A stretch of DNA of 64,000 nucleotides. Source: Candidatus Latescibacterota bacterium (lineage in GTDB: Bacteria > Latescibacterota > UBA2968). Shown here piece after piece: positions 28,355 to 38,278 of this stretch. The stretch lies in assembly GCA_965204375.1 (NCBI GenBank), contig OZ241986.1, positions 6,048,001 to 6,112,000 on the forward strand, given 5' to 3'. How positions within the stretch are numbered: the first letter of the stretch is position 1; every line of letters starts with the position of its first letter. Below the pieces are notes generated by a model, which was not told where the DNA came from, ran no database searches, and saw nothing but the letters and a program-made list of their open reading frames with translations. The translations under genes were made by a program, and so were the position numbers.

Positions 28355-29473
28355 TCAAAGGAGGATTTGCGAGAGGGCGTCGTCGAGTTTTTGGACGGTG
28401 CGGTCGATGTTCTGGAGTTTGTCCAGGCCGAATAGGCCAAGGCGAAAGGTTTGAAAATCTTCTGGTTCGTCGCATTGCAAGGGTACGCCAGCGGCGATTT
28501 GAAGGCCCGCGTCCATAAATTTTTTGCCGGTGTGTATGTCGGGGTCTTCGGTGTAGCTGACTACTACTCCCGGTGCCTGGAATCCTTCTGCTGCTACGCT
28601 TTTTATGCCTTTGCTGTCCAGGAGTGCGCGAACTTTGTGGCCGAGTTCGCGTTGCTGGGCGCAAATTTTATCAAGGCCGTAATTTTCGGTTTCTTTCATT
28701 GCGTCGCGAAATACGGTGAGGGCATCTGTGGGCATGGTTGCGTGATATGCATGGCCGCCGCCTTCATAGGCTTCCATAATTTGAAGCCATTTGTGCAGGT
28801 CGCAGGCAAAACTGGTGCTGGTTGTGGATTCAATTTTTTTCAGTGCGGAAGAACTGAGCATGACGAGGCCACAACATGCAGGGGCACTCCAGCCTTTTTG
28901 TGGGGCGCTGATGAGGATATCGACACCGCAGGTTTTCATATCGACCCAGATGGTTCCCGAGGCTATGCAGTCCAATACCAGCAGGCCGCCAACAGCGTGT
29001 ATGGCATCTGCTACAGAACGGATGTAGTCGTCGGGGAGTATGATCCCGGATGCGGTTTCGACGTGTGGCGCGAAGACAAAGTCCGGTTTTTCCGATGCGA
29101 TTGTCTCTGTGACCTCTTCGATGGGCACAGGTGCATAAGGGGCGTGTTTGTCATTGCCTGTGCGCCGCGCTTTGAGGACAATGGATTGAGATGGGATGTC
29201 GCCCATTTCGAAGATTTGGGTCCAGCGATAGCTGAACCATCCATTGCGAATGACAAGGCATTTTTTATCTGTGGCAAATTGTCGCGCTACGGCTTCCATG
29301 CCATAAGTGCCACTGCCGGGTACGACGATGACCGCGCTGGCGTGATACACTTTTTTGAGTGTGGTGGAGATATCTCGCATGACGCCCTGGAATGACTGCG
29401 ACATGTGATTGAGCGCACGGTCTGTATAGACGACGGAGTATTCCAGGAGTTTATCAGGGTGCAAATCTGACAT
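28355..29473 (-). CDS. Class-V PLP aminotransferase (alanine/serine-glyoxylate aminotransferase family)
   Basis: 'EYSVVYTDRALNHMS', 'PHVETASG', 'DCIASG', PLP Lys in 'SAPQKGWS'. Confidence 0.9.
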   Translation of the reverse strand: MSDLHPDKLLEYSVVYTDRALNHMSQSFQGVMRDISTTLKKVYHASAVIVVPGSGTYGMEAVARQFATDKKCLVIRNGWFSYRWTQIFEMGDIPSQSIVLKARRTGNDKHAPYAPVPIEEVTETIASEKPDFVFAPHVETASGIILPDDYIRSVADAIHAVGGLLVLDCIASGTIWVDMKTCGVDILISAPQKGWSAPACCGLVMLSSSALKKIESTTSTSFACDLHKWLQIMEAYEGGGHAYHATMPTDALTVFRDAMKETENYGLDKICAQQRELGHKVRALLDSKGIKSVAAEGFQAPGVVVSYTEDPDIHTGKKFMDAGLQIAAGVPLQCDEPEDFQTFRLGLFGLDKLQNIDRTVQKLDDALSQILL

Positions 29474-29504
29474 TATTGTCCTCACAGTGAATAGATAGTT
29501 TGGT

Positions 29505-30473
29505 CTATAGTTCCACTTCGGCGATGGCTATGCCGCTTTCTCCTGCGACGGCATATAGCAAATAGATGTGGTCATTTTCTTCGAAGATTGCCGGGTCGCG
29601 CAACTGGTTGACGTGTCCATAAGCTACGCTGCGGATAGAGGGTTCCAGTGGTGCATCTGCGCCTTCCCATGGATGTTCTGGGCGCAGGATTTCTATGCTT
29701 TCTGTTTCACGCCATTTTTGCCAGTCAGCCGATAGGTCAATGGTGCTCAGCAATATGCTTTCGGGCACGTCTCCTACCTGTGTCCAGAATATATACAGTG
29801 TATTTTCGCGTTTTAACAGAGCTGCGTGGCGCATGTTTTTGTTGAATAGCAATGGGCCTTCTTCAAAGCGGGAGAATCCGTTAGCTGACCGATAAAATTG
29901 GCCCGGCATTGCCATGCCATAGACATAACCCGCGTGTCGAAAGATTCTGAGATAGCTTTTGGCAAAGGTTTCTGGGCGCGCTGTGAAGTTGATTCCATCG
30001 GGGGATGTGGCGACGCGGCTGATTTGATGTGCGAGTTTTTCAAGGCCGTGATAGTACATGATGATGGTTTGATCGGCGTGGTTGACGTGTACATCCGGTG
30101 ACGCAATATGCGGTGTGGTGGCTTCTGTCATCAGGTCGTGGGATATTTTTTGAGGGCCTTTTTCCGCGTGCCAGCGTGCTTTGATTTTCGCTATGTCTTT
30201 TTCTGATGCTGAGATTGGCTGTGTGGGAAAATAGGAGTCGGCGAGTTGCAGGGTTCCCGGTGGATGTATTTTCCATGGTCCGCACAGGTTATCTGTGTAT
30301 GCGAGGCGGATGTACCTGCCTTTGTGGTCGGCAAAGTACAGGTAATACGTTCCGAGCGGTTCGGGTACCCAGTCGGGTACGCGGATTAGCGAGGGTCCCT
30401 GGATGTTGTGTCCGATACTCGGGTGCAGATCCGGGGTGATAATGGGTGCATCGAGTAGCCGTGTGACGCGCAT
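29505..30473 (-). CDS. Hypothetical protein, probable five-bladed beta-propeller glycoside-hydrolase-like fold
   Basis: 'NIQGPSLIRVPDW...LG.YYLYFADHKG.YIRLAY', 'HIASPDVHV', 'QLRDPAIFEE'. Confidence 0.6.
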   Translation of the reverse strand: MRVTRLLDAPIITPDLHPSIGHNIQGPSLIRVPDWVPEPLGTYYLYFADHKGRYIRLAYTDNLCGPWKIHPPGTLQLADSYFPTQPISASEKDIAKIKARWHAEKGPQKISHDLMTEATTPHIASPDVHVNHADQTIIMYYHGLEKLAHQISRVATSPDGINFTARPETFAKSYLRIFRHAGYVYGMAMPGQFYRSANGFSRFEEGPLLFNKNMRHAALLKRENTLYIFWTQVGDVPESILLSTIDLSADWQKWRETESIEILRPEHPWEGADAPLEPSIRSVAYGHVNQLRDPAIFEENDHIYLLYAVAGESGIAIAEVEL

Positions 30474-30566
30474 GTTATTTTCCTTGTATTTGGTTTATTG
30501 AGACACGCCCCAAAGTTGGTGGACAGGGCACAGAGACACCGATCCTACACTCTCGCCTTTCTTTTT

Positions 30567-30594
30567 TTCGTGTCCCTTCGTGTCCTTCGTGGAT
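30567..30594 (-). repeat. CACGAAGGA-type 9/10-mer tandem repeat (family C)
   Basis: ttcgtgtcccttcgtgtccttcgtggat; second copy at 49412-49440. Confidence 0.75.
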
Positions 30595-30599
30595 CTCAC

Positions 30600-31592
30600 C
30601 TATACCAGTCCCGGCGTAAAGAGTACCATATCGTCTTCAAAATTTCTCAAGGGCGCGATGCCGAGTTTTTTGAGTGCGTTTCGATAGATTTTGACCCCTT
30701 CTTCCGGGCTGACAAGGCCATCTGCAATATCGCGCAAGACTTCGACAAATGCTCTGGGATTTTCGGCGCCTTTGATGCGGCGGCCAAAGAGGGCGACGCG
30801 CGCGCCGTGTTTTTTGGCTTCGGATATGAGTTTGAATGAATCGTACGTGGTGCTCGTTGGTCCGCCGAGTATGCCGACGACGACTGTGGAATCGTAATTG
30901 ACGAGGCTCTCCATAGATTCTGGGCCATTGTAGGCGATTTTCAAAAATTCGGGTCGCGATGCCCGGGGTATGCCAGCGAGCATCCGGGCGATCTGGTCAT
31001 TTACGTATTTGGGGATTTCTTCTGGATTCAACCCGCAGTCTGCTACATTGGGATTAAAGACTTCGAGGAAGTATCGAAATCCTTTGCGCGTGGCTTCTGT
31101 TCTGAAGGCTTTAAACTGCATCAGTGAAAGCCAGTCTGCGTCCAGATTGTTGTTGAATGTGATGGAGTACAGGCCGAGGTCAATGTCTGGTTTCTGGTCG
31201 GGTTTGGGCAATAGTGTGCCGTATTGCGCTTCTTCTATTGTGGGTGAGGCAAAGGGGCGGGATGGCAGAGAGGTGTATTCTGCGCCTGTTGCATCCCACA
31301 GGTCGGTTGTGTCGTTGGCGCGTACAGCAGGGGTTACGGGCGATGTGTCAAAGAGCCGTTTCTCATGTGCCAGGACATCCATAGTGGAGACAGAGGTCAG
31401 TAAAACGTCGATTTTTGCTTGTTCAGTGATATCCACAAGGTCATCGTAATAGGCTTGTATAGTTGGTGTGGCATCTGTGAGTGTTGCAAGTCCTTTTGAC
31501 ATGTCGGGATCAGCGGCATACGCGATGATAAATGCATCGCTGTTGGGATTGCTGCGTATGTCGGCGAGTTTTACGTCTAATGATTTTTTCAT
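30600..31592 (-). CDS. Hypothetical class-I aldolase-like TIM-barrel protein
   Basis: 'FLEVFNPN', Schiff-base-like 'FLKIAY', 'VGILGG', 'ALFGR.I' resemble DhnA/LacD-type barrels. Confidence 0.55.
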   Translation of the reverse strand: MKKSLDVKLADIRSNPNSDAFIIAYAADPDMSKGLATLTDATPTIQAYYDDLVDITEQAKIDVLLTSVSTMDVLAHEKRLFDTSPVTPAVRANDTTDLWDATGAEYTSLPSRPFASPTIEEAQYGTLLPKPDQKPDIDLGLYSITFNNNLDADWLSLMQFKAFRTEATRKGFRYFLEVFNPNVADCGLNPEEIPKYVNDQIARMLAGIPRASRPEFLKIAYNGPESMESLVNYDSTVVVGILGGPTSTTYDSFKLISEAKKHGARVALFGRRIKGAENPRAFVEVLRDIADGLVSPEEGVKIYRNALKKLGIAPLRNFEDDMVLFTPGLV

Positions 31593-32254
31593 TTGTGTCC
31601 TTTTCCTGTTTTGTGAATTAAGATCACATCGGCTCCGATGAATTCGATTTCTGTTTTATAGGTGTTTCCCAACCATTCAAATGTCGTTTTTGAAAAGAAA
31701 CAGATGTGCGTTGGGTCTCTTTTGTAATGCCAATTTTCAAATGCGGGTTTGTCGATTGCGAGTTTGGTCATGATGCCGAGTATGCCGCCAGGTTTGACAA
31801 GGCGATAAAGTCTTTGCAATTCACGTTGGGGATTTTTCAGGTGTTCGACGACTTCTGTTGCGGTTATAAAGTCGTATTCGCGCTGGAAGACTTCGGGGTT
31901 GTGCGCGTAAAATTTGTCGTATATATCGACGGTATGTCCGCATTCTTGCAACATGAGGGATAATGTCGGTCCGGGACCGCATCCGAAATCCAGGCCGTGC
32001 GTGCGTTTGGGAAGACGCGCTTTCAGGGGGTTGCAAATCCGCGATAAAAATGCTCTGTATTTCGGGTCTGCGGGGTCGTTTCTGTGCAGGTCGTAGCGTT
32101 GTTTTTCCTCTTTTTCCGATAGGTGAAATATTTTGGGGACAAAGACGAGGGAACAATCCGCGCAAATCAGATATTCTCTGTATGCGTCGCGGAGATAGTG
32201 GGTTGTGTTCTGGCTTTTGCATAGCGGACAGATGTCCGCTGGAGAGTTGGGCAT
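31589..32254 (-). CDS. Class I SAM-dependent methyltransferase with N-terminal Zn ribbon
   Basis: CPLC...CADC; 'GLDFGCGPGP'; 'YDFITATEVVEH'; 'WHYKRDPTHI.FFS'. Confidence 0.88.
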   Translation of the reverse strand: MPNSPADICPLCKSQNTTHYLRDAYREYLICADCSLVFVPKIFHLSEKEEKQRYDLHRNDPADPKYRAFLSRICNPLKARLPKRTHGLDFGCGPGPTLSLMLQECGHTVDIYDKFYAHNPEVFQREYDFITATEVVEHLKNPQRELQRLYRLVKPGGILGIMTKLAIDKPAFENWHYKRDPTHICFFSKTTFEWLGNTYKTEIEFIGADVILIHKTGKGHK

Positions 32255-32377
32255 GGTTAATGATATGGCGTCTCAAAATCCCATTGTATTATTCGTGCAA
32301 TCAGAATATCTTTGGCTCCGACCCTGCATAAGGTAACAATTTATCCATTTTTCACAATACACAAAACGGAGAATTTT

Positions 32378-34006
32378 ATGACTGGTTACGATGCTATGGC
32401 GCGTGTGCTCAAGGCAGAAGGCGTGGAGTTTCTGGTGGCATTTCCCCATCAGACGCTGATCGAGGCCTCGGCGAAGGTGGGGATTACCCCTATTATTTGC
32501 CGTCAGGAGCGCGCGGGTGTCAATATGGCCGATGGTTTTAGTCGCGTTTCTAATGGAAAAAGGTTTGGTGTTTTTACGATGCAGCAAGGTCCCGGTGCGG
32601 AAAATGCTTTTGGGGGTGTGGCACAGGCTTATGCAGATTCGGTGCCGGTGTTGCACTTGCCCGGCGGAGAAGCACTGTCGCGTCAGGGCATTCATCCGAC
32701 TTTTGAAGCGGTGCGGAATTACCGTCATATTACGAAGTGGGCGGCTCAAATATACGCGGTAGAGGATATTCCGGTTATGATGCGTCGCGCGGTTGTACAG
32801 ATGAAGAGCGGGCGTTTGGGTCCCGTGTTGTTGGAGATGCACAGGGAGGCTATGGCTGCCGAATATCCCGGTGAGGAGGTCGCTTATACGCCGGTTCAGG
32901 TCCGGCGCTCTGCCGCTGCGTCTGAAGATGTGCGCGATATGGTTACAGATCTTCTCAGCGCTCACCGTCCGGTTATTATTGTGGGGCAGGGGGTGTTGTA
33001 TGCCGAGGCGACGGAGGAGTTGATTGAGTTTGCCGAGTTGGCCAGTGTTCCCGTGATGACGACGCTTGCGGGTAAGAGTGCGTTTCCAGAGACGCATCCA
33101 CTTTCACTGGGTACTGGTGGGCATACATATACGTTGATGGTTAAGCGGTTTTTGGAGTCGATGGATTTTGGGCTGGGGATTGGGACGAGTTTTACACGCA
33201 ATACGTTTACTACGCCTATGCCAGAGGGGGTTCCCCTGGGTCAGGTGACGAATTGCGCCGAGGATATGGGCAAGGATTTCGAGATTGCAGTGGGCGCGCT
33301 TGGAGATGCGAAGATCGTGTTGCGGCAGATGATTGAAGAGGTCAAGCGACAGGTTGGCGAGAATGGGCGCGAGAACGATGCCGAGGACCGAGTTGCCGCT
33401 GTGACCCGGGAGTTTGCAGCGCTGTGGGAGCCACATTTTACGTCGGATGAGATTCCGATTAGTCCGTATCGCGTGATTCGAGAGTTGGAGAATGCGGTCG
33501 ATGTGGGCAATACGATTATTACCCACGATTCGGGTTATCCGCGCGATCAACTCGTTCCGACGTGGAAGCCCGTGTCGCCGCGCGGGTACCTGGGGTGGGG
33601 CAAGTCAACGCAGCTCGGCTATGGCCTGGGTCTGGCAGTGGGCGCGAAGTTGGCCGCGCCGGAGAAGCAGGTGATCAATTTGATGGGCGATGCCGCGTTT
33701 GGGATGGCAGGGCTGGATCTGGAGACGGCTGTTCGGGCAGAGATCCCAATTTTTACGGTTGTGCTCAATAATGGGGTCATGACGAAGTACGATTCGCATA
33801 TGCCGTATGCTTCAGATCGCTTTGGGAGCAATGAGTTGAGCGGGAATTACACCCAGGTGAGCGCGGGATTGGGCGCACAGGCAGAGCGCGTGGATACGCC
33901 CGATGAACTCGCGCCCGCGATCCATCGCGCACTCGCCGCGAATAGAGAGGGCAAAACCGCTGTGCTGGAGGTGATGACCAAGGCAGAGCCAAATGTTCCG
34001 ACGTGA
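32378..34006 (+). CDS. Thiamine-pyrophosphate-requiring enzyme (acetolactate synthase-like)
   Basis: 'RQERAG..MADG', 'GPG.ENA', TPP motif 'GDAAFGM...LNN'. Confidence 0.9.
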   Translation: MTGYDAMARVLKAEGVEFLVAFPHQTLIEASAKVGITPIICRQERAGVNMADGFSRVSNGKRFGVFTMQQGPGAENAFGGVAQAYADSVPVLHLPGGEALSRQGIHPTFEAVRNYRHITKWAAQIYAVEDIPVMMRRAVVQMKSGRLGPVLLEMHREAMAAEYPGEEVAYTPVQVRRSAAASEDVRDMVTDLLSAHRPVIIVGQGVLYAEATEELIEFAELASVPVMTTLAGKSAFPETHPLSLGTGGHTYTLMVKRFLESMDFGLGIGTSFTRNTFTTPMPEGVPLGQVTNCAEDMGKDFEIAVGALGDAKIVLRQMIEEVKRQVGENGRENDAEDRVAAVTREFAALWEPHFTSDEIPISPYRVIRELENAVDVGNTIITHDSGYPRDQLVPTWKPVSPRGYLGWGKSTQLGYGLGLAVGAKLAAPEKQVINLMGDAAFGMAGLDLETAVRAEIPIFTVVLNNGVMTKYDSHMPYASDRFGSNELSGNYTQVSAGLGAQAERVDTPDELAPAIHRALAANREGKTAVLEVMTKAEPNVPT

Positions 34007-34096
34007 GGCAGGGACATTCGCTCAATACATGTCCTTTTTTATTTTACGTATTTACATCCTGAGTAAAATCAGTGACCAAACGGAGGAGAGTAGCTC

Positions 34097-35182
34097 ATGT
34101 GTGCAGAATTATCCAACGAGGAACTACATCTTCCCAGCCTGTCGGTTAAAGGCTTTCAGGGGATCAAAGACCTTTTGATTCCACGGTTGGGGCGCGTGAC
34201 GCTGATTGCCGGGAGGAACGGGGTTGGCAAGACCACTTTGCTCGATGCTGTCCGTATCTATGCCTCACGCGGCAGCCTTACTGAGTTCAGACGTGTATTG
34301 CAGAACAGAGAAGAATTTACGGTCATTGTTGATGAAGATGGCGATGAGGGAACTATACCCGATTTTGAGGCTCTTTTCTATGGTCGGCATTCCACGTTGG
34401 ATTCTTGTATATCCATAGGTCCGGGTAGCAAGGCGCAGCAACTCAGCATTGAGTTTGATTCAGACCAGGAAATTGGTTATGAATCCTTAATTAAAATTGG
34501 ATTTCAGGGTACAAAGCAAGAAATTCCTATGCGTTTCTTCTTGCGTACGCGTAGTTATCCTCCCTATCGCAGACCGCGGGTTGACGAATCCAAACGGCGA
34601 TCTGAAATTCAGTGTGTGTCTATGGGGCCAGGTTTGTTGAGCGATGATGATATACCTCGATTCTGGGATAGCATAGCCCTTACAGATGATGAAGCCCGAG
34701 CAGTACACGCACTACGGCTAATTTATGGCAATGAAGTAGAGCGTGTTGTTGTGATTGGTGATGAAAGATCTTCTGGTCGTTATGGTCGGCGGGCGATTGT
34801 GAAACTCAAAGGTCAAGAAGATCCGGTTCCTTTAAAAAGCCTTGGTGACGGCGCAGTGCGCTTGTTTGGTGTTGCTTTGGCACTTGCCAATAGCCAGGAT
34901 GGTTTTCTGGTCATTGACGAAGCGGAAAACGGTATTCACCATTCGGTGCAGCGCGATTTCTGGAAGATGGTGATGAGGACAGCTATTGAGAACAATGTGC
35001 AGGTTTTCGCTACAACTCATAGCTGGGATTGCGTGGTCGGTTTTGCACAAGCGGCAGTAGATTCAGAGAAAACGGACGGCGTTCTCGTTCGTCTTGAGAG
35101 AGATGACGAACACATGCGTGCTGTCGAATATTCCGAGGAAGAGCTTCTAATCGCGGGCGAACAAAGCATTGAGGTGAGATAG
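34097..35182 (+). CDS. AAA_15/AAA_21-type ABC-like ATPase
   Basis: Walker A 'GRNGVGKT', signature 'SLGDG', Walker B 'VIDEAENGIHH', 'TTHS'. Confidence 0.88.
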   Translation: MCAELSNEELHLPSLSVKGFQGIKDLLIPRLGRVTLIAGRNGVGKTTLLDAVRIYASRGSLTEFRRVLQNREEFTVIVDEDGDEGTIPDFEALFYGRHSTLDSCISIGPGSKAQQLSIEFDSDQEIGYESLIKIGFQGTKQEIPMRFFLRTRSYPPYRRPRVDESKRRSEIQCVSMGPGLLSDDDIPRFWDSIALTDDEARAVHALRLIYGNEVERVVVIGDERSSGRYGRRAIVKLKGQEDPVPLKSLGDGAVRLFGVALALANSQDGFLVIDEAENGIHHSVQRDFWKMVMRTAIENNVQVFATTHSWDCVVGFAQAAVDSEKTDGVLVRLERDDEHMRAVEYSEEELLIAGEQSIEVR

Positions 35183-35185
35183 ATT

Positions 35186-35866
35186 ATGGTCAATCGAAAT
35201 ACATCGAATCGCGTCCTTTTGGTCGAAGGGGAGAGCGATAAGCATGTTGTTCGTCGCCTTTGCAGTCGTTACCCGTCTTTTAAAATTGTGGATAACATTG
35301 ACCATCTGCTTGAATTCAGTAGTCCAGAAAGCGAATCTCCAGGATGGCAGACCATTGACATTCTGAATAAGTTTAACTTTGAGCAACTGCGTGATTCCAT
35401 TAACCTCGAAATCAAGGTTCCGGGACGGCAAGCCATTGGTATTCTCGTGGATGCAAATGATAATCTGAGGTCACGTTGGGATGCTGTAGGATATAGACTT
35501 CGAATGGCGAACATTCAATTTCCGCAGTCTCCTGAACCAGCCGGAACAATCATCGAAGGCAAGCCCCGCGTCGGTATCTGGCTGATGCCCGATAATGAGT
35601 CAAGTGGCGAACTTGAGGATTTTGTTGTGCAAATGATTCCCGGCGGTGATTCAGTGTGGCCGTTGTCTCAGCAATATATTAACGGGATTCCGAAAGATGA
35701 TAGAAAATTTACTGAGAAGAAGATGCTGAGAGCCAAGCTCTATGCCTGGCTGGCGGCCAGAAGAGATCCCAAGCAGATGGGTTCAGCCATTCTCTCGCGT
35801 GATTTGAACGTTGATGGATCTCTCTGCCAGGGCTTTGTTGAGTGGCTTATAAAACTATTCAAGTAG
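35186..35866 (+). CDS. DUF3226-like (TOPRIM-like) partner of the ATPase
   Basis: 'LLVEG.SD', 'GILVDAND', 'GIWLMPDN...GELEDF', 'KA.LY.WLA...P'. Confidence 0.8.
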   Translation: MVNRNTSNRVLLVEGESDKHVVRRLCSRYPSFKIVDNIDHLLEFSSPESESPGWQTIDILNKFNFEQLRDSINLEIKVPGRQAIGILVDANDNLRSRWDAVGYRLRMANIQFPQSPEPAGTIIEGKPRVGIWLMPDNESSGELEDFVVQMIPGGDSVWPLSQQYINGIPKDDRKFTEKKMLRAKLYAWLAARRDPKQMGSAILSRDLNVDGSLCQGFVEWLIKLFK

Positions 35867-35891
35867 GATTAAGCAAGTCACAGGGATAGCT

Positions 35892-35930
35892 ATGTCAAAC
35901 AGAAGAAGATGGACGCGACAGGAGAGGATT
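35892..35930 (+). pseudogene. Possible 5' stub of an HNH-endonuclease gene
   Basis: RBS AGGGA, then MSNRRRWTRQE, resembling the 'RR.WT.EE' N-terminus of many HNH nucleases; the sequence then diverges into the 3' flank of the fic gene. Confidence 0.3.
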
Positions 35931-36038
35931 TTCTTGCATATCATCGTGAAAGGATATTCACGGGAAACCGATGAGAAGAAAGTACCGATCTTTGAAGAAG
36001 GCACTTGCCGCTGGTTAGGAGATGAGCCTATTGTGGAA

Positions 36039-36923
36039 TCAGTAGATGAACTCTTGCCCGATCTTCCACACCCCTTTCTCTCGAAAAGCGGGAATGGTCT
36101 GGCGACGGGCGGCGTTGGTGACAGCGGGTGCCGAAAGCCCATTCTGTCTGATATAATCCGATAGCCTGATGATTGCCTCTCTCTTCATATAGCTCAGTCG
36201 CTTGTGCAGCGACTCTATGAGAGCCAGTGATAGAATCCCTTCCATCGTTCTGGTTGTTCTTCTATCTCCGTAGTCTCTGAATGCCCGATAGTACGTCTCT
36301 TTCTCTGAGTTGCGAATGATAAGGCGCGGCAGGCCGAGTTGCAGGAGTTGAAAGTTGATGAGGACCCGCCCCATGCGACCATTGCCGTCGCAAAAGGGAT
36401 GGATGGTCTCGAAGTCCAGATGAAATAGGGCTATTTTGTCCAGGAAGTAGGTGTCGAAATCACTGGAATACTCGACGAGGATATTATCAATCATGCGCTC
36501 TACATGCTCGGGTGCTGGTGCAATATGAGTGCCCACCCGCACGTACTCTCCCCGCCGGCGAAAGCGGCCTGCAATGTCATCGTTAATACCGCCGATAAGC
36601 ATCTGATGCAAGAATAGCATCAGGTCTTTGTTCAGTTCACTGTCTTTTGCTCTATTGCGCTTATATTCTGTGACACGAGCCAGGTTTTTCGCCTCAAAGA
36701 CTTCCCGCACAGACACATTCCGAGATAACATCTGCTCCAACAGGATTTTTTCTGTTTCATTGAGGGTGAGGGTGGAATTTTCAATTGCGTTCGAGTTGTA
36801 CACACTCTCGGGTACCTCTACTTCGTCAATCATCGACAGCAGCGATTCTTTACCCTGACGCAAGATATCGTACTCTCGTTTCAGAACCTGGATGCGGTTT
36901 TTTATCGGTTGTCTGCTTGCCAT
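36039..36923 (-). CDS. Fic family protein with C-terminal putative DNA-binding extension
   Basis: Fic motif 'HPFCDGNGRMGR'; inhibitory motif 'SNAIEN'. Confidence 0.92.
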   Translation of the reverse strand: MASRQPIKNRIQVLKREYDILRQGKESLLSMIDEVEVPESVYNSNAIENSTLTLNETEKILLEQMLSRNVSVREVFEAKNLARVTEYKRNRAKDSELNKDLMLFLHQMLIGGINDDIAGRFRRRGEYVRVGTHIAPAPEHVERMIDNILVEYSSDFDTYFLDKIALFHLDFETIHPFCDGNGRMGRVLINFQLLQLGLPRLIIRNSEKETYYRAFRDYGDRRTTRTMEGILSLALIESLHKRLSYMKREAIIRLSDYIRQNGLSAPAVTNAARRQTIPAFREKGVWKIGQEFIY

Positions 36924-36929
36924 ATCATT

Positions 36930-36958
36930 AGAATACCCTATTCACGGTATATTGTCAA
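36930..36958 (-). promoter_or_regulatory. Sigma70 promoter giving a probably leaderless fic mRNA
   Basis: TTGACA (36953-36958), 17 nt, TATTCT (36930-36935); ATG only 6 nt further on; no SD. Confidence 0.6.
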
Positions 36959-37164
36959 ATTTTAGTGAATAATAGGTGAAAATGGGTGCTGTTCACGGTT
37001 TTTTCAGATCAAGTATGTGGTATTACGACTTGGTTCAAGCTAATATACTGCACAAAAGTATAGTTTATTCTTGCCCAAATATCAAGCATGTGCTATTTTC
37101 TTTCAAAAAGAGATAGGTTATATTTACGCCAACCTTTAATTGTTTGTACATTGGAGGTGGTTGC

Positions 37165-38253
37165 ATGAATGAATCTCTTAATCAAGAGGTGAACAACCGC
37201 GATAGCAGTCCATTCAATGCACAAGTGTTTGATCTGTTTTGCAGCATTGGAGGTTTGACCTATGGGCTAAAAAGGGCTGGAATCTCGGTCAATGCAGGTT
37301 TGGATATTGATGGTTCGTGCCGTTACGCTTATGAAAATAACTGCAAAGCGGATTTTATTGAAGCGGATATTAGGGAAATCTCTTTTTCAGATATTTCAAG
37401 GTATTTTAATGATGCGGAATATCGCGTGCTTGTCGGTTGCGCGCCCTGTCAACCATTCTCCAGCCATACAGCCAAAATGAAGTCTGGTGAGTCGGATTCG
37501 AGGTGGAATCTGATTGATGAATTTCTGAGAATAATTCTTGAAGGCAGGCCAGAGATTATCTCAATGGAGAATGTGCCTCAACTCATGGACAAGCCAATTT
37601 ATAATAAATTTAAGCGCGCCTTAGCCGATGCAGGGTATAGTGTTTCTGATGGGGTTATATCCTGTGCCGATTTCGGGGTTCCGCAAACTCGAAGCCGTTT
37701 GGTTATGCTGGGATCTTTGTTGGGCAGGATTAATATGCCGAAACCCGACCCCCAAAAGCCCAAAACAGTTAGGCAAGCAATTGGACACCTCGCACCTCTT
37801 GAGCACGGACAATCAAGCAAGACTGATCCTTTGCATGTTTGTTCTCGATTAGAGCCAATTAACCTGGAACGCATCCGGCGCTCTAAGCCCGGTGGAACTT
37901 GGCGAGATTGGCCTACTGAACTATTGCCAGATTGCTATAAGAAAGCCAGCGGCTTAAGCTATGGAAGCGTTTACGGACGTATGCAGTGGGATATGCCAGC
38001 GCCTACGCTGACTACGCAATTTTATCGCTATGGAACCGGACGCTATGGACATCCAGAACAAGACAGAGCTTTGAGCTTGAGAGAAGGTGCAATTCTCCAA
38101 ACTTTTCCTGGACAATATCAGTTTGTTGCGCCCGATGAAAAAGGGTCATTTTTGAAAATCGGTCGTCAAATCGGCAATGCTGTTCCGCCATCTTTGGCTT
38201 ATGCTATCGGGAAAGCAATTACAGGTCACTTGAGAAAACATGCCCCTGAATGA
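37165..38253 (+). CDS. C5-cytosine DNA methyltransferase (M.HgiDII/BbrUII-like)
   Basis: Motif I 'DLFCSIGG', IV 'GCAPCQPFS', VI 'ENVP', VIII 'PQ.R.R', IX-X 'R.LSLREGA.LQTFP...QIGNAVP'. Confidence 0.93.
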   Translation: MNESLNQEVNNRDSSPFNAQVFDLFCSIGGLTYGLKRAGISVNAGLDIDGSCRYAYENNCKADFIEADIREISFSDISRYFNDAEYRVLVGCAPCQPFSSHTAKMKSGESDSRWNLIDEFLRIILEGRPEIISMENVPQLMDKPIYNKFKRALADAGYSVSDGVISCADFGVPQTRSRLVMLGSLLGRINMPKPDPQKPKTVRQAIGHLAPLEHGQSSKTDPLHVCSRLEPINLERIRRSKPGGTWRDWPTELLPDCYKKASGLSYGSVYGRMQWDMPAPTLTTQFYRYGTGRYGHPEQDRALSLREGAILQTFPGQYQFVAPDEKGSFLKIGRQIGNAVPPSLAYAIGKAITGHLRKHAPE

Positions 38254-38278
38254 TTTAATCAGGGGAGGACTGAAAGAC

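Noticed and set aside
35892-36164. 90-aa ORF as an intact gene
   Set aside because: It overlaps the convergent fic 3' end by over 120 nt, and only the first ~11 codons resemble a known family; kept as a possible stub.
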